Origin: a virus
Direction: 5' to 3' (one strand)
DNA: 32,006 nt
IMG/VR virus record: IMGVR_UViG_3300035492_000103
Span: 74,019 to 106,024 of that record
The translations under genes were made by a program, and so were the position numbers. Under the pieces are notes generated by a model, which was not told where the DNA came from, did not search any database, and worked only from the letters and a program-made list of their open reading frames with translations. Position 1 is the stretch's first letter, and the number at the start of each line of letters is the position of its first letter. Below, one piece after another: positions 8,201-19,100 of this stretch.

Positions 8201-8417
8201 TCGACTTAAAGAAAGTTATTGCTTTCTTATATTCTTCTGGATTATCAACAATGACCATATTATTGTTAATATAAACAACTAGAATAGAATCCATAACACC
8301 AATTCTGACTTTGTCTTTACCTGAAGTAAGTTCTACCTTTCTTCCTTTAAAAGATTCATCTAATTGATTATTATTTTGTTGATTTGACTCGTTGATAAAT
8401 GTAGAAAATGATTTCAT
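8196..8417 (-). CDS. Small putative internal head protein
   Basis: SD AAGGA; N-terminus MKSFSTFINE resembles the T4 internal-protein capsid targeting sequence. Confidence 0.7.
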   Translation of the reverse strand: MKSFSTFINESNQQNNNQLDESFKGRKVELTSGKDKVRIGVMDSILVVYINNNMVIVDNPEEYKKAITFFKSI

Positions 8418-8427
8418 TATTTATTCC

Positions 8428-8952
8428 TTAGTTGCTATTTCCGTTAGAAATGTCACTGTATGCAAATGTAACACTGAATAACTCAATTTGGTCAGTTTGG
8501 TCCTGACCAACTTCAATCGGAGCAACAACAGTAGGCCAAGCCATACGTAAAGTGTATTCCTTGATTCTGTTATTATTACTGTCCAATTGATATACAATCA
8601 CTTCTGACATATATTCATCTGGAGAAGTAAAACCTGTGTTTGAGTTATAAGCATTGATACCATTATGCCATCTTTCCATAGCGTTACGGATATCAAAGTC
8701 TGTATCGTTGACAAATGTAACTTCCCATTCATCATAGATACGGTCACCAGCAAGTTTTAAAACACGACCACGGAATGGTTGTTCAATAACACCTACAGTA
8801 GAACCTGGTAATTGTGCAGATGAACAAAGAAATGGGGTTTTTCTAATTGTTTCTGCACCAGCGGCAAAAGCCGGAAAATTAATCAACACTTCAAAGCGGT
8901 TAGCACGTGCACCACCACCTTTAAGAGCTGCTTTAAATTGAGCAATAGACAT
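8428..8952 (-). CDS. gp19: Tail tube protein
   Basis: GGARANRFEV, PFRGRVLKLAGDRIYDEWEVTFVND and FSVTFAY motifs. Confidence 0.97.
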   Translation of the reverse strand: MSIAQFKAALKGGGARANRFEVLINFPAFAAGAETIRKTPFLCSSAQLPGSTVGVIEQPFRGRVLKLAGDRIYDEWEVTFVNDTDFDIRNAMERWHNGINAYNSNTGFTSPDEYMSEVIVYQLDSNNNRIKEYTLRMAWPTVVAPIEVGQDQTDQIELFSVTFAYSDISNGNSN

Positions 8953-8982
8953 GAATGTAATCCTCTAAGAATCCAATAACAT

Positions 8983-9010
8983 TATTTATACAAGGGAGCT
9001 TATGCTCCCT
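8983..9010 (-). promoter_or_regulatory. Hairpin over the gp18 stop, followed by late promoter TATAAATA (8983-8990) for gp19
   Basis: AGGGAGC-ATAA-GCTCCCT (8993-9010), then exact late consensus. Confidence 0.75.
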
Positions 9011-10604
9011 CGATTTCCTCGAAGCTCACACCTGTACCTACAGCCACAAAATTCAGTCTGATTGTATTGATTGACCGAGCTGGTTTAACCAGAATGTCAC
9101 CAACAAATTCATTGCTGTCGATTACCTGTGGAGTATTATTTGTACTGTCACAAACAACACGTTTGTCGTAGATACCTCTACGTGCCTTAATATCTTCCAA
9201 ATACCGGTCTGTAGCATTGCGGAATAATGATTGAGTGATAAAATCATTCAGCTCAAATAATTGATACCGGGCAGCACGTGAGATTGCTTTCTTGATTACA
9301 ATGAACAATGTACGCACGTTGATACGACTAAATGCACTAGGTGCACGTAGAGCAGTTTTATCACCATACAACACAGTACCTTCGCCAGCAAATGCCACAA
9401 TACTGTTGATTGAACTTGGATATAGAACATCGCGTTGAGCTTTGTTAGATGACCAAGCCAGTTTGATAACATTCTTCAGTTGTCCGCGATTCAAACCTGC
9501 TGGAGAGAACCAAGGCTCTGCTTGAACAAATACACGTGCATGTAAACCAGCCGCATCAGAATCACAAGGAATCCAGATGTTTTTGTCGTTATATTTGTCA
9601 TAAACCAGTTTCCAGTTATCAACGTTGAATGCATAACTAGATGGTTTATTAATGGTTGTTTCGAAGTATGCTTTAATGTCTGTTACACGATCTGGATTAT
9701 TATATACGTCAGATAATGTAGGAGCATTGAACGCTACTGCATCCAATCTGTTATCACATACATCAATAGCACGAACAATACCATTTGTAGGGTTAAACGA
9801 TGTGAATACACGAACTAACTCTACTGCATCAACATCATCAAATAAATCCCAACATGAAATAAAGTCTGCTGTACCGATGTCATTTCCATCAACACCATCA
9901 ACTAATGACACTTCATAAGTACCAGAAGTTAAAGTGATTGCAGATTGATCACCAACAACAATAAACTGAGATTGGTTTTTCAACACTTCTGGTAAGTATG
10001 CACTTGTTCCATCAGTTTTCTTACTGCCTTCTGTTAGGTTCATCAGCTCATATCGTTCAACAACTGAACCAGCAGTACCTGTCAACACACCATCTTCATC
10101 AATAACAACAACGTTAAAAGTTGAAGTATTGGCTGGTGCATAATCAAATAAGCTAGCATAAGTCCAAGAGGTAAAACCTGCAGAGTTTGCTACAGATACT
10201 TTTAAACTGTTACCCAATTCACCAGGATATTTACCCATGAATGAAATACCGGTAAAAGTACCATTTTCATATTCTGCTTCATTTTTAACTAATGGAGCAT
10301 CAATATTTGCTACAGAAGCATCTGAAGCGATAGCATTCGTTGCTAATGGGTCAATTGCACGCACTACATTTAACGGTACACTGTACAGTAAATAGTTAGC
10401 AGCTGCGTGGAAAAATGGAGATGTTACAGAGTCTGGTTGTCCAAATCTCTGAGCTAATTCCCCTTCGTTTGTGGTAATCTGAACGATCTGTTCAGCAGGA
10501 CCCCAGTTGAATAGACCTACATATCCAGCAGCATTTGAAGTAATACTCTGAATATTAAAAGTCAAATCTTTTTCAACTGAAATCACACCAGGTGATAATG
10601 CCAT
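9000..10604 (-). CDS. gp18: Tail sheath protein
   Basis: LSPGV...EKD, PWFSPAGLNRG, SAFSRINVRTLF and KPARSINTIRLNFVA motifs. Confidence 0.99.
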   Translation of the reverse strand: MALSPGVISVEKDLTFNIQSITSNAAGYVGLFNWGPAEQIVQITTNEGELAQRFGQPDSVTSPFFHAAANYLLYSVPLNVVRAIDPLATNAIASDASVANIDAPLVKNEAEYENGTFTGISFMGKYPGELGNSLKVSVANSAGFTSWTYASLFDYAPANTSTFNVVVIDEDGVLTGTAGSVVERYELMNLTEGSKKTDGTSAYLPEVLKNQSQFIVVGDQSAITLTSGTYEVSLVDGVDGNDIGTADFISCWDLFDDVDAVELVRVFTSFNPTNGIVRAIDVCDNRLDAVAFNAPTLSDVYNNPDRVTDIKAYFETTINKPSSYAFNVDNWKLVYDKYNDKNIWIPCDSDAAGLHARVFVQAEPWFSPAGLNRGQLKNVIKLAWSSNKAQRDVLYPSSINSIVAFAGEGTVLYGDKTALRAPSAFSRINVRTLFIVIKKAISRAARYQLFELNDFITQSLFRNATDRYLEDIKARRGIYDKRVVCDSTNNTPQVIDSNEFVGDILVKPARSINTIRLNFVAVGTGVSFEEIEGA

Positions 10605-10642
10605 GTTTGATTCCTCTTATGGTTAAAATAAAATACCTTGAT

Positions 10643-10650
10643 TATTTAGA
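10643..10650 (-). promoter_or_regulatory. Late promoter TCTAAATA for gp18
   Basis: NNTAAATA variant in the gp17-gp18 gap. Confidence 0.55.
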
Positions 10651-10657
10651 TTTTCTG

Positions 10658-12370
10658 TTAACCTATTACTCCCCATGAATCAGTTCTAGGTTCTTCAATT
10701 CCAGTAAATTCATAAATTCCATCATCAATAAATCCAAATGGTAAAATGTCTTCCATCACTTCGTCCATTAAATGTTCTCTGATATCCTTTCTGATATCCC
10801 TATTAATCAAATCAATGAAATAATCTTGAACAGATGCCCATGCAAATATCACACAACACATAACCAAGTCATCATTTGCGCCTGAATCCGCTTCATAAGA
10901 TTTTCCTTTAGGAACAAAAGTACCAAATTCACCTATTGTATCTTCATCTTTTAGTACAAGTTTCCCCGTTTCTACCATTGTTTTTACTGTAGAACAACCA
11001 ATAGATTTTGTCTGTACAGTAGTACGGATACCCATCTTGGCATCTTTAATGAATCCAATAGTCTGGTAATTCTTGTCTGTATAACACATCAATAGGTTTT
11101 CGTATTCAAAATCATAATAAAGGATATTTGCTACCTGTTCACCTATATCATTAATCTCTACAAGAACATATGCTTTGTTGTACTTGTCCGCAATAGACCT
11201 AATAACTTGTGGGTAAACCATAGGTGATATTCTATTGTTTTTGTATACAGCTACAATTTCATAAGGCGATTTTGTAATATCAAAAACAATAAAAGCAGAA
11301 TAATCTTTGCCTAAACCTCTTGATGTATCAACGGTGATAAAATATTGATGTTCTTTCTGTGGTTGGGCGTAGATTTTTAAATCACCGTGTTTTTCTATTA
11401 CTTTATGAACAGCGAGTTCAGCTAGTGTATCAGCACTCAATAATGAATTTTGACTACCACGGAAAATGAGTCCGTGTTCTTGGTTAAACTGTTCTGGTGA
11501 CGTATTTGCTATCTGTTCTTGTTTCCACTTTTCATCTCTACCTGGTACTTTAAACCAAGGTACTTCCATTCTAGCGAACATATTAATACCAGCAATTGAT
11601 TCAATCCATAATTTATAGAATAAACCCCTTGAACCGTTTGGAGTTGAAGTAATAATAACTCTTGATTCTTTACCAGATGAAACAGTAGGATATGTTGATT
11701 CATAGAATTCCATATCATTCTTTAAAAAAGCCGCTTCGTCGATATAGAGTAAGGAAATTGAACGACCACGAATCGAACTTGAACTAGATGCTGCACAAAA
11801 TGCTTCTGACAAATTATCAAATTTCATTGAACCTTTGTTATATGTCCTAACACCGCGTTTAAGAAAAACAGGCAATGATTCATAAGACATTTGAATACGT
11901 TGTAGAATTTCCCTAGCTTGTGCAGCTTTGTTTGCTAATATTGCAACAGTCTTTGATGGAACAAATGTAATAAAATGAAGTATAAATGCAGCAGTTGTTT
12001 GTGTTTTTCCCGATTGTCGGCATTGCATTGATATAACAAATCTGCTCTTTTGATATATTTCCAGTAATTCTTCTTGAAATGGATACAAATTAAAAGGAAT
12101 GATACCATCATCAATAGAAATAATACGGATATATTTTCTAGTGAAATAAACAACATCTTTCATACATTTAATATATTCCAATTTTTGTAAATCAGAATAT
12201 TCAAAGTTACAGCCTGCACGAATGATCATTGGGTTATTCTGATAATAATGTTCTTTATCAGTAATAAAATCCGGAACTTTTAATTTCATCGTATTCTTTT
12301 TCAGGAATTTTTTAACTAATTCCTTATTGTTTCTAATGAAATCTGCTATATCAAAAGGATAATCATTCAT
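10658..12370 (-). CDS. gp17: Terminase large subunit
   Basis: RQSGKT Walker A, YIDEAAF Walker B, TSTPNG coupling motif, VDTSRGLGKDYSAF and DDLVM nuclease motifs; no intein-sized insertion. Confidence 0.99.
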   Translation of the reverse strand: MNDYPFDIADFIRNNKELVKKFLKKNTMKLKVPDFITDKEHYYQNNPMIIRAGCNFEYSDLQKLEYIKCMKDVVYFTRKYIRIISIDDGIIPFNLYPFQEELLEIYQKSRFVISMQCRQSGKTQTTAAFILHFITFVPSKTVAILANKAAQAREILQRIQMSYESLPVFLKRGVRTYNKGSMKFDNLSEAFCAASSSSSIRGRSISLLYIDEAAFLKNDMEFYESTYPTVSSGKESRVIITSTPNGSRGLFYKLWIESIAGINMFARMEVPWFKVPGRDEKWKQEQIANTSPEQFNQEHGLIFRGSQNSLLSADTLAELAVHKVIEKHGDLKIYAQPQKEHQYFITVDTSRGLGKDYSAFIVFDITKSPYEIVAVYKNNRISPMVYPQVIRSIADKYNKAYVLVEINDIGEQVANILYYDFEYENLLMCYTDKNYQTIGFIKDAKMGIRTTVQTKSIGCSTVKTMVETGKLVLKDEDTIGEFGTFVPKGKSYEADSGANDDLVMCCVIFAWASVQDYFIDLINRDIRKDIREHLMDEVMEDILPFGFIDDGIYEFTGIEEPRTDSWGVIG

Positions 12371-12846
12371 TATAAGTTATCCAACATATCACTAATGTCT
12401 TTAGATGTTGCTAATTCTTTTTGTTCACCAGAAAAATTATTTTGTACATTAATCTGTTTACCAAAATTGAGTTTTGTTTTAGGTTTAATTGATTCTTGTA
12501 ATGTTAGCAAATCTTTGGACATTTCTGCCAATGTTTTCATTATATTTGCTGATACTTCATATGCTCTTGGATGTTCAGATTCTCTGGCAATCATTAGAGA
12601 ACCTTCCAATGCAACAGCACCACGGTTAATTAGACCATAAAGAACATTTCTGGTGAATTTGTAATCATCTACTGCATCTTTTGTTATTGTTTCACTTTCT
12701 TCAATGACAGATGGTACAGATTCAAATTCAACTGTATCTGGTAATTGTCTAGACTCTTCTGTATCAAGTTCATCCAATGCTGCAGAAATATCCCCTTCTG
12801 CACTTATAATTTTATCCAACCTTGCTTCAAAATTTGTTTTTGACAT
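12370..12846 (-). CDS. gp16: Terminase small subunit
   Basis: DDYKFTRNVL and ARESEHPRAYEV motifs; coupled to gp17. Confidence 0.95.
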   Translation of the reverse strand: MSKTNFEARLDKIISAEGDISAALDELDTEESRQLPDTVEFESVPSVIEESETITKDAVDDYKFTRNVLYGLINRGAVALEGSLMIARESEHPRAYEVSANIMKTLAEMSKDLLTLQESIKPKTKLNFGKQINVQNNFSGEQKELATSKDISDMLDNL

Positions 12847-12849
12847 TAT

Positions 12850-13536
12850 TTACTCCGTGATAACCTGCGAATCCAATAGAACATCAGGTTTATTCATATC
12901 ATAATAATTCAGATTAATTTGTTTAATTACTTTTACATTATTTGTTGGCATGTATAACCAACCCTCTAATTCAAATTGCATTGTAGTTTCGATAACTTGT
13001 TCCATTTCAAAACTACCTTCAAACATAGAATCTAATCCAGAATCAATTAACTTGACATGGATAGCTGAATCTGCACCAAGGTCTGGATTATCTAAAACAT
13101 TAACACGTAGGGCTGGATTGAAATAGACCAGAATTTGTTCAATTAGTTGAAACATATCATCTAATGTTTTTGTTTTTAAGTTCAACTCATATTGAAATGT
13201 AAATGGTACACGATTATATTGAGCTTCAACCCCATCCTGCGACAAATCATAATTTGCACGAATTCTGTGCATCTTATTTGTAATTCGCTCATTATCTTTA
13301 CGAAGACCAATTAACCTAAATCCCATTCTAGGCAATTGCATCTTGTATCTGACTTTATTTGGATCCGGATTTTGTTCATTTCTTACGTCATATTTTTGTT
13401 TAGCTGAGTATGCAATAGGAACAAGAATTATTTTACCTTCTTCACGTTTAATTTTAATCTCATTGAAAATTGAACCAAACACGCCAGTATAAAGAGTGAT
13501 TGTCTTATGATAAAAATGATTAGTTAATACAGACAT
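12850..13536 (-). CDS. gp15: Tail sheath stabiliser/terminator
   Basis: HFYHKTI...FGSIFN, VPIAY, LPRMGF and QLIEQILVYFNP motifs. Confidence 0.96.
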   Translation of the reverse strand: MSVLTNHFYHKTITLYTGVFGSIFNEIKIKREEGKIILVPIAYSAKQKYDVRNEQNPDPNKVRYKMQLPRMGFRLIGLRKDNERITNKMHRIRANYDLSQDGVEAQYNRVPFTFQYELNLKTKTLDDMFQLIEQILVYFNPALRVNVLDNPDLGADSAIHVKLIDSGLDSMFEGSFEMEQVIETTMQFELEGWLYMPTNNVKVIKQINLNYYDMNKPDVLLDSQVITE

Positions 13537-13537
13537 A

Positions 13538-14167
13538 TTAATTCACTCCAAATGGATTAGCAGGGTCAAAAGAAGTTTTTGGTTCATATTCATCTGTAAT
13601 GTCTTGATTATCACCAAATGGTTCTGTTTCTGTTGCAGAGTCAAAATTTAAAATTCCGTCAAATAAATCATCTATTCCTACATCACCAGTTGCAACATTT
13701 TCATGACTCAATTCAAATGTCTCCACCTTAAGTTCATATACATACTGTCTTCCTTGTTGGAAGAAAGGACTTTCATGATTAACAAATTTAATTTCAAGAA
13801 TTGCGTTCGTATAAGGCATAAACAGTAAATCGCCTTCACGTGGCCTAATCATGTTAGGAAATTCTTGTTTAAATCTTGTCTTATTAACTATAAATGTTGC
13901 AGTATCTTTAATCTCAAGACCGAATTTTGACATCAATTCACCATCGCCACCGAATCCATTAACTTCTGCTGGATACATTTCAATAACCGTACAAGATTCA
14001 AACGAAGATGTTGGATCCTCACCTAACAACGAATTATAGTTGTTATGAGTTCTTGGCATATATTTAACTTCAACACCTTTAAATTGAATAGCTTCAATTA
14101 TCAAGGAATCTGTCAAGTTTTGTTCATTTACAGAAACGTAGTGGTTGTGGTATGGATTAAGAGCCAT
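13538..14167 (-). CDS. gp14: Neck protein
   Basis: EQNLTDSLIIEAIQ, MSKFGLEIKD, RPREGDL and PFFQQG motifs; start taken at ATG 14167. Confidence 0.96.
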   Translation of the reverse strand: MALNPYHNHYVSVNEQNLTDSLIIEAIQFKGVEVKYMPRTHNNYNSLLGEDPTSSFESCTVIEMYPAEVNGFGGDGELMSKFGLEIKDTATFIVNKTRFKQEFPNMIRPREGDLLFMPYTNAILEIKFVNHESPFFQQGRQYVYELKVETFELSHENVATGDVGIDDLFDGILNFDSATETEPFGDNQDITDEYEPKTSFDPANPFGVN

Positions 14168-14197
14168 TTTCAATTCCGATTACAGACTTATTAAACC

Positions 14198-14205
14198 TAT
14201 TTAGT
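14198..14205 (-). promoter_or_regulatory. Late promoter ACTAAATA for gp14
   Basis: NNTAAATA about 30 nt upstream of gp14. Confidence 0.7.
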
Positions 14206-14209
14206 CAGA

Positions 14210-14267
14210 AAAATATTTTAAATTTTTTGAAGAAAAGTGTAGACAAGTAAATTTGTCGTGTTATAAT
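14210..14267 (+). promoter_or_regulatory. Sigma70-type early promoter with AT-rich upstream element
   Basis: TAGACA (14240-14245), 16 bp, TATAAT (14262-14267) with extended TG; upstream sequence shared with 23263-23301. Confidence 0.8.
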
Positions 14268-14316
14268 AACCCACATAGAAACACAACTTGTGAAATTTAC
14301 CGAAAGGAAATATATT

Positions 14317-14604
14317 ATGAACTTAATCAAAAATTTAATCGCTCGTGTTGAAGATTACCGCAAAGATAACAAAAACCCATGCAAGAACTATGCAACAGAA
14401 GCAAGAGCAGAAAAAGTTGCAGAAGAAGTTTCTAAGAAATTAAAAGAATATTTTAACGAAAATGATATAAACACAGTTGATTATATCGTGTTTTATGTTC
14501 CAGAGTGGAACCGCTGGACAGTAGCATTCGACATCAAACCATGGTTAAACAAATATGGTGGTTATATGGGTATTGCTTCAGAAATGGGATTCTTTACATT
14601 CTAA
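14317..14604 (+). CDS. Hypothetical early protein, antisense within the neck genes
   Basis: Own promoter, SD AAGGA, ATG at 14317, own terminator. Confidence 0.85.
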   Translation: MNLIKNLIARVEDYRKDNKNPCKNYATEARAEKVAEEVSKKLKEYFNENDINTVDYIVFYVPEWNRWTVAFDIKPWLNKYGGYMGIASEMGFFTF

Positions 14605-14634
14605 AACAAAGGGGGAGTTAAACTCCCCTTTTTT
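14604..14634. terminator. Bidirectional rho-independent terminator
   Basis: GGGGAGT-TAA-ACTCCCC flanked by an A-run and TTTTTT between convergent genes. Confidence 0.85.
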
Positions 14635-15372
14635 CTAGCCGATGAAAAAGCTCACTGGCTCCTCGTACTGTTCTCTTAATTGTTCTTCTAACTGTTGGAT
14701 TTCTTGTGTGGCTTCATCAAATATCTGTTGACCATTAACAGTAATGCCACCTAACAACTGAATTTCACCATGTTTCTTCATATTCTGACCAAATTGTTGT
14801 TTAATCAGAGCTGTAGCATACTGCCTCAACCACTTATCTTCCCATGCAGCTTCATCTACATTTGGGTCGATTTTCTTATATACATGAAAACAAATTAAAT
14901 CACCTTCTCTCATGTTTTCCAAACCACGATAGATTGACAATTTATTTTTATGTTTTGTAAATTCAAACCTTTCGGTCGTATTAACCATGTCATTAACTTC
15001 GTTTATATTAGACATTGTTAAATAATAATTCAGCATATCGAGTGGCTGAAAAGGTGAGATATTTTGTATCATAAACTGGTAACGATAACTGAACAAACTA
15101 TCTGAACCATACTCCTTATAGATAGTAGACATAGGAATCATCTGATCAACTATGTGGATATCATTAGGTAAGGTGATATATCCATTTAGAACATCTTGTT
15201 CTGTTAATCTGTATGCTACCCATGATTTTTCTGTAGCATCAAAGTGTTTTTCGTGCCAAGTTTTAATTGCTTCATCTATTCGATCTTCAACTTGTTCGGG
15301 GGACACATTGATATTAATAACAGGTTTACCCAATCTACGTAAACAATATTCTGCAAATCCTACCCTATTCAT
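14635..15372 (-). CDS. gp13: Neck protein
   Basis: YCLRRLGKPVININV...QVEDRIDEA, WLRQYATALIKQQFGQNM and GGITVNG motifs; start 15372 overlaps the upstream TAA. Confidence 0.97.
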   Translation of the reverse strand: MNRVGFAEYCLRRLGKPVININVSPEQVEDRIDEAIKTWHEKHFDATEKSWVAYRLTEQDVLNGYITLPNDIHIVDQMIPMSTIYKEYGSDSLFSYRYQFMIQNISPFQPLDMLNYYLTMSNINEVNDMVNTTERFEFTKHKNKLSIYRGLENMREGDLICFHVYKKIDPNVDEAAWEDKWLRQYATALIKQQFGQNMKKHGEIQLLGGITVNGQQIFDEATQEIQQLEEQLREQYEEPVSFFIG

Positions 15373-15914
15373 TATACCACCACCCATTCAGATGAACCAT
15401 CAACAGTAACCGTGACACCTTCAAGAACAGTAATAGGTCCAACAGAAAGTGCATTTTTATTACCATCTACAACATAATCCTGGTCAATGGTTTTATCCAT
15501 GAATAGGATACCACGTTGTTGTGTACCAGAACCAGACATAACAAATGCGGTTCTCAAATCTGAATATTCAACAACTCCAACGTTTGAGGTATTGAATGAC
15601 CATAAAGGAATTACATCATATTCAGGAAGTTGTCCAACATTATAGACTCTAAATTCTGCTGGTTGACCAATTCCCTTATATACACAAAGAACAGAAATCA
15701 CACTTGGTTGTAATGTAAATGTTGAATCCGGTAACATTTCAACTACAGAACCTGATCTCACATTACCAGATAGAACAGTAACAGTTAAACCATCATCCTG
15801 TGATGGATCATAATAAAAACCTGTACTGCCGAAATCTTGACCTGTAACAATGGTATTGATTTTTTCATACCATTGTCTAAATGAATCTCTTGGGGTTAAT
15901 ACTTGACCACTCAT
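15372..15914 (-). CDS. Putative virion structural (collar/fibre-associated) protein
   Basis: N-terminal DSFRQWYEKIN and C-terminal NALSVGPITV...GVTVTV...EWVVV motifs seen in phage fibre proteins; occupies the wac position. Confidence 0.6.
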   Translation of the reverse strand: MSGQVLTPRDSFRQWYEKINTIVTGQDFGSTGFYYDPSQDDGLTVTVLSGNVRSGSVVEMLPDSTFTLQPSVISVLCVYKGIGQPAEFRVYNVGQLPEYDVIPLWSFNTSNVGVVEYSDLRTAFVMSGSGTQQRGILFMDKTIDQDYVVDGNKNALSVGPITVLEGVTVTVDGSSEWVVV

Positions 15915-16123
15915 TATTTGGATTCCTTCATTAGATGTTGGACCAGTGCTTTTAATTCTGCAACCTCATTTTCCAAATGAGTCACTTTCTGTTTTTCTGC
16001 AAGAATAGCTTGTTTCCTTTGTCTTGCCATCATTAAAGCACTTTTGTCTGTATTAATTATGGCGCCGGATTGCGCATCTCTGCGCAACCCAGAATACCCT
16101 TCAACTTTTTGTAATGTAATCAT
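15914..16123 (-). CDS. Small conserved T4-like late protein
   Basis: KVEG...LRRD...GAIINTD plus coiled coil; translationally coupled. Confidence 0.75.
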   Translation of the reverse strand: MITLQKVEGYSGLRRDAQSGAIINTDKSALMMARQRKQAILAEKQKVTHLENEVAELKALVQHLMKESK

Positions 16124-16124
16124 A

Positions 16125-19100
16125 TTAAGTACCTAAAGCCAGACCACGTAACCGTTTAACTCTTGGAATCACAGATGAAGATTCTGATAATAAAACAATC
16201 TTAAACTGGTAGAAACCAAAGTTTGGTAAATTGTCAACTCCATATTCTGCTTCTACAAATGTTGTTAAATCAACAGTTGTTAAAGCTCTAATAGTTGTAA
16301 GTTCATTCCAAGATTTAATGTTAACTTCCTCTGTACTATTACCTACACGATAGAATACTTTTATGTCAGCATTCTGTGGTTTATTCACATCTAGGAATAC
16401 CTTCAATGAATTTGCAGATTCAGATAAACCAACTACATTAGTGATATATCTTGCTTCGGCATTACCACCTGTACTATTCAGTTCAGAAACTGTAACTGGA
16501 CTATTGATTCTGTTGTGTACTGTAATTAAACCGATTCTATCTAGGTCAATAACCGGAGAAATATTTTCATTATATGTGATCATATTTGCGGTAATTGTTC
16601 CAGATTTACCTGTAATTTTTGCTTGTTCATCAATCTGATTAGCAATCATTAATGGGAACGGTAGATCTGTATTTCTATTTACTGGTACACTAAATGCATC
16701 TGTCTGCAAATAAGGTGTTTCAATACCATCTAATGATTTACCAGTGATACCTTGGTAAGTCCAGTTCACATCAGTTCCTTCAAACACTAGATGCTCTGCG
16801 ACTGGTTGCATGGTGTTTATAATAACACTCTTAGTACAAACTACAGTATTACCACCGAATGTACCATAGGTGTTCGCATTAGTTGTAGTCTGAATAGTGA
16901 AATTATCATTATCAATAACAGTAACTTCTTTCTGAGTATTTAATTCACCAACCGGAATACCAGGAGCTGTACCTATTCCACTAACTGAAACAAGAGCACC
17001 AGTAATTAACCCGTGATTTTTAAAATTCACAGTCAGTGTATTGCTACCAGATACAGAAGTAATTGGATTATTACCTAGTGTAATAGCTTGTGGATATCCA
17101 TTCTCAAATTTAGCTATACCAGCAACACCAGTTTGGAATTTTGCAATATTAATCACAAACTTCATATCTGAATTTTGATCTGCTGTCCAAGTAGAGTTAT
17201 TCTGTGATTTGAATAACACACCAACATAAGGTTGCTTGGTGATATAAGCATTTGAGTTAACAACTTTCTCACCCATTGTACCAATAAAGACATTGTAATT
17301 GTTACAATTTGATAATAATACAAAGCAATACTCTTGGCCTTCCATTAAATACACAGGATTTGCAAATGTGAATCTAGTATTCAATGTTGCATTAGATGAA
17401 ACATTGACTTGAGAAGGTTTCAACAATACTCTACCATTAGGAACAACTGTTCTACCAGGATATCCATTAACCATTTCGCGGATTTCCAATGTAACAGGAA
17501 CAGATTGGTCCTTTGAAGCAAAGAATACATCTATGCTTGTTACAAACAAACCACCATTTTTATCTACCAAGAATGATTGAGCTAATGGGTCAACAAATCT
17601 GATTCTAGGTTGAACGGTCTGTACAATATTCTGAGTTGTAACAATAGATTGAGTTCTACTAACCAATGTTCCGCTTGCTGTAAAGTCTGCATCACCGTAT
17701 GAAACAGAAGTTGTTTTATTACCAGCAGGGTTATCAATTAATGTAAATTGTTTAGTACCAGTTCTGAATCTTGCAGATTGATTGTTAGGTATTAAGAATG
17801 TTCCAGAAATTTCACCATCTGCATCAGTGAACATAGCTTGTCCGTATGATTTACCATCTTGTTTACAGAAAGCACTCACATTCACATTATCAAATATTGC
17901 ATAAACACGACTCTTAGGTAATAAACCTTCACCTTTAAATCTAACTTCAATTGAGCGCATGAATGGGATAACAGCCCTGTTAACCACTCTGTCACCTACA
18001 ACAGAAGTATTTGTTGTGGTTGTTGTAGTCACAATAGGTGACATATCTACAAAACCGCCTATTCGTTCCTCTCTCAGAGAAATATCATTTTGTGGTTCTA
18101 TTGAACCCAACCAGTTATTTGACCATGAGTTCCATGATTGAGTTAAGTTACCATTGTTAAACACACGGAATGTTACTTCTGGTTCTGTATAAACTGTATC
18201 AAACCATACATCACTAGCTGGTGTTAATGTTACTTGGCCTCCCCACAGATAAACTGCATAAGGGTTTACATTAAGTGTACCACTAGCCTGTAATTGAGTT
18301 AAATAAGTTACCTGGTCATAAGGTAGAGTAATCAGTCTACCGTTCTGAGTAACATTAGACGAAATATTAGAGTTAAACTGAAAATCCACATAGTCTGTAG
18401 AAAATTCTGGTCTTAATTCTGCCAATTCACTTGATACAGAACATTTGTATTCAGGTAAAGTGAATGAACCAACACTATGATCAACAAAATTATCAACAAT
18501 AAACCCGTTCTTAAATCTATTCAAACCAGTTAAAGGGTCGATGATTTGCATAGCTTCTGTTTCTGTTTCTAACATTGACAGAGTTGTGTAATACTCAAGA
18601 TTTGAAATACGATTTTCCAATTTACCAATATCACGCATGGTGTATCTACGGTTATTGATATATTGTACTTGAATACTTGAAGCTAAAGCAGTATAAGCAG
18701 GAACATCTAACTTATACAGAACCATTGCATTATCTGGAGTCGTAGGTTCAACAGGTGCAATACTAGGTACACCTTTAGCGACACCAAAAGTACCTTTAGA
18801 TGTTACATAAACTTTGTCAATTCTAGGAAGATAATGTTCAATATCTGCACGTATAACAGTAAATGGTACAGGACATTCAGAAACCGAACCGCCTGTTCCA
18901 GTATAAGCTGTACCAGCATCATTGATTCTAGGTCTAAAATCTAATACGTCACTTAAACTAACATCTCGATTACCAATTCTAATTTTTGGAATATCTTCAT
19001 AGTTAATACCAGAATACGAATCGACAGAGAAGAAATCACCGGTTCCGTGTAAGAAATACTGGAAATTTATTGAAATATTTGCACTAGGTAAAGCCTGTCC

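Noticed and set aside
8418-8425. AATAAATA as a late promoter for ORF 8196-8417
   Set aside because: It lies between the SD and ATG, so a transcript from it would lack the initiation region
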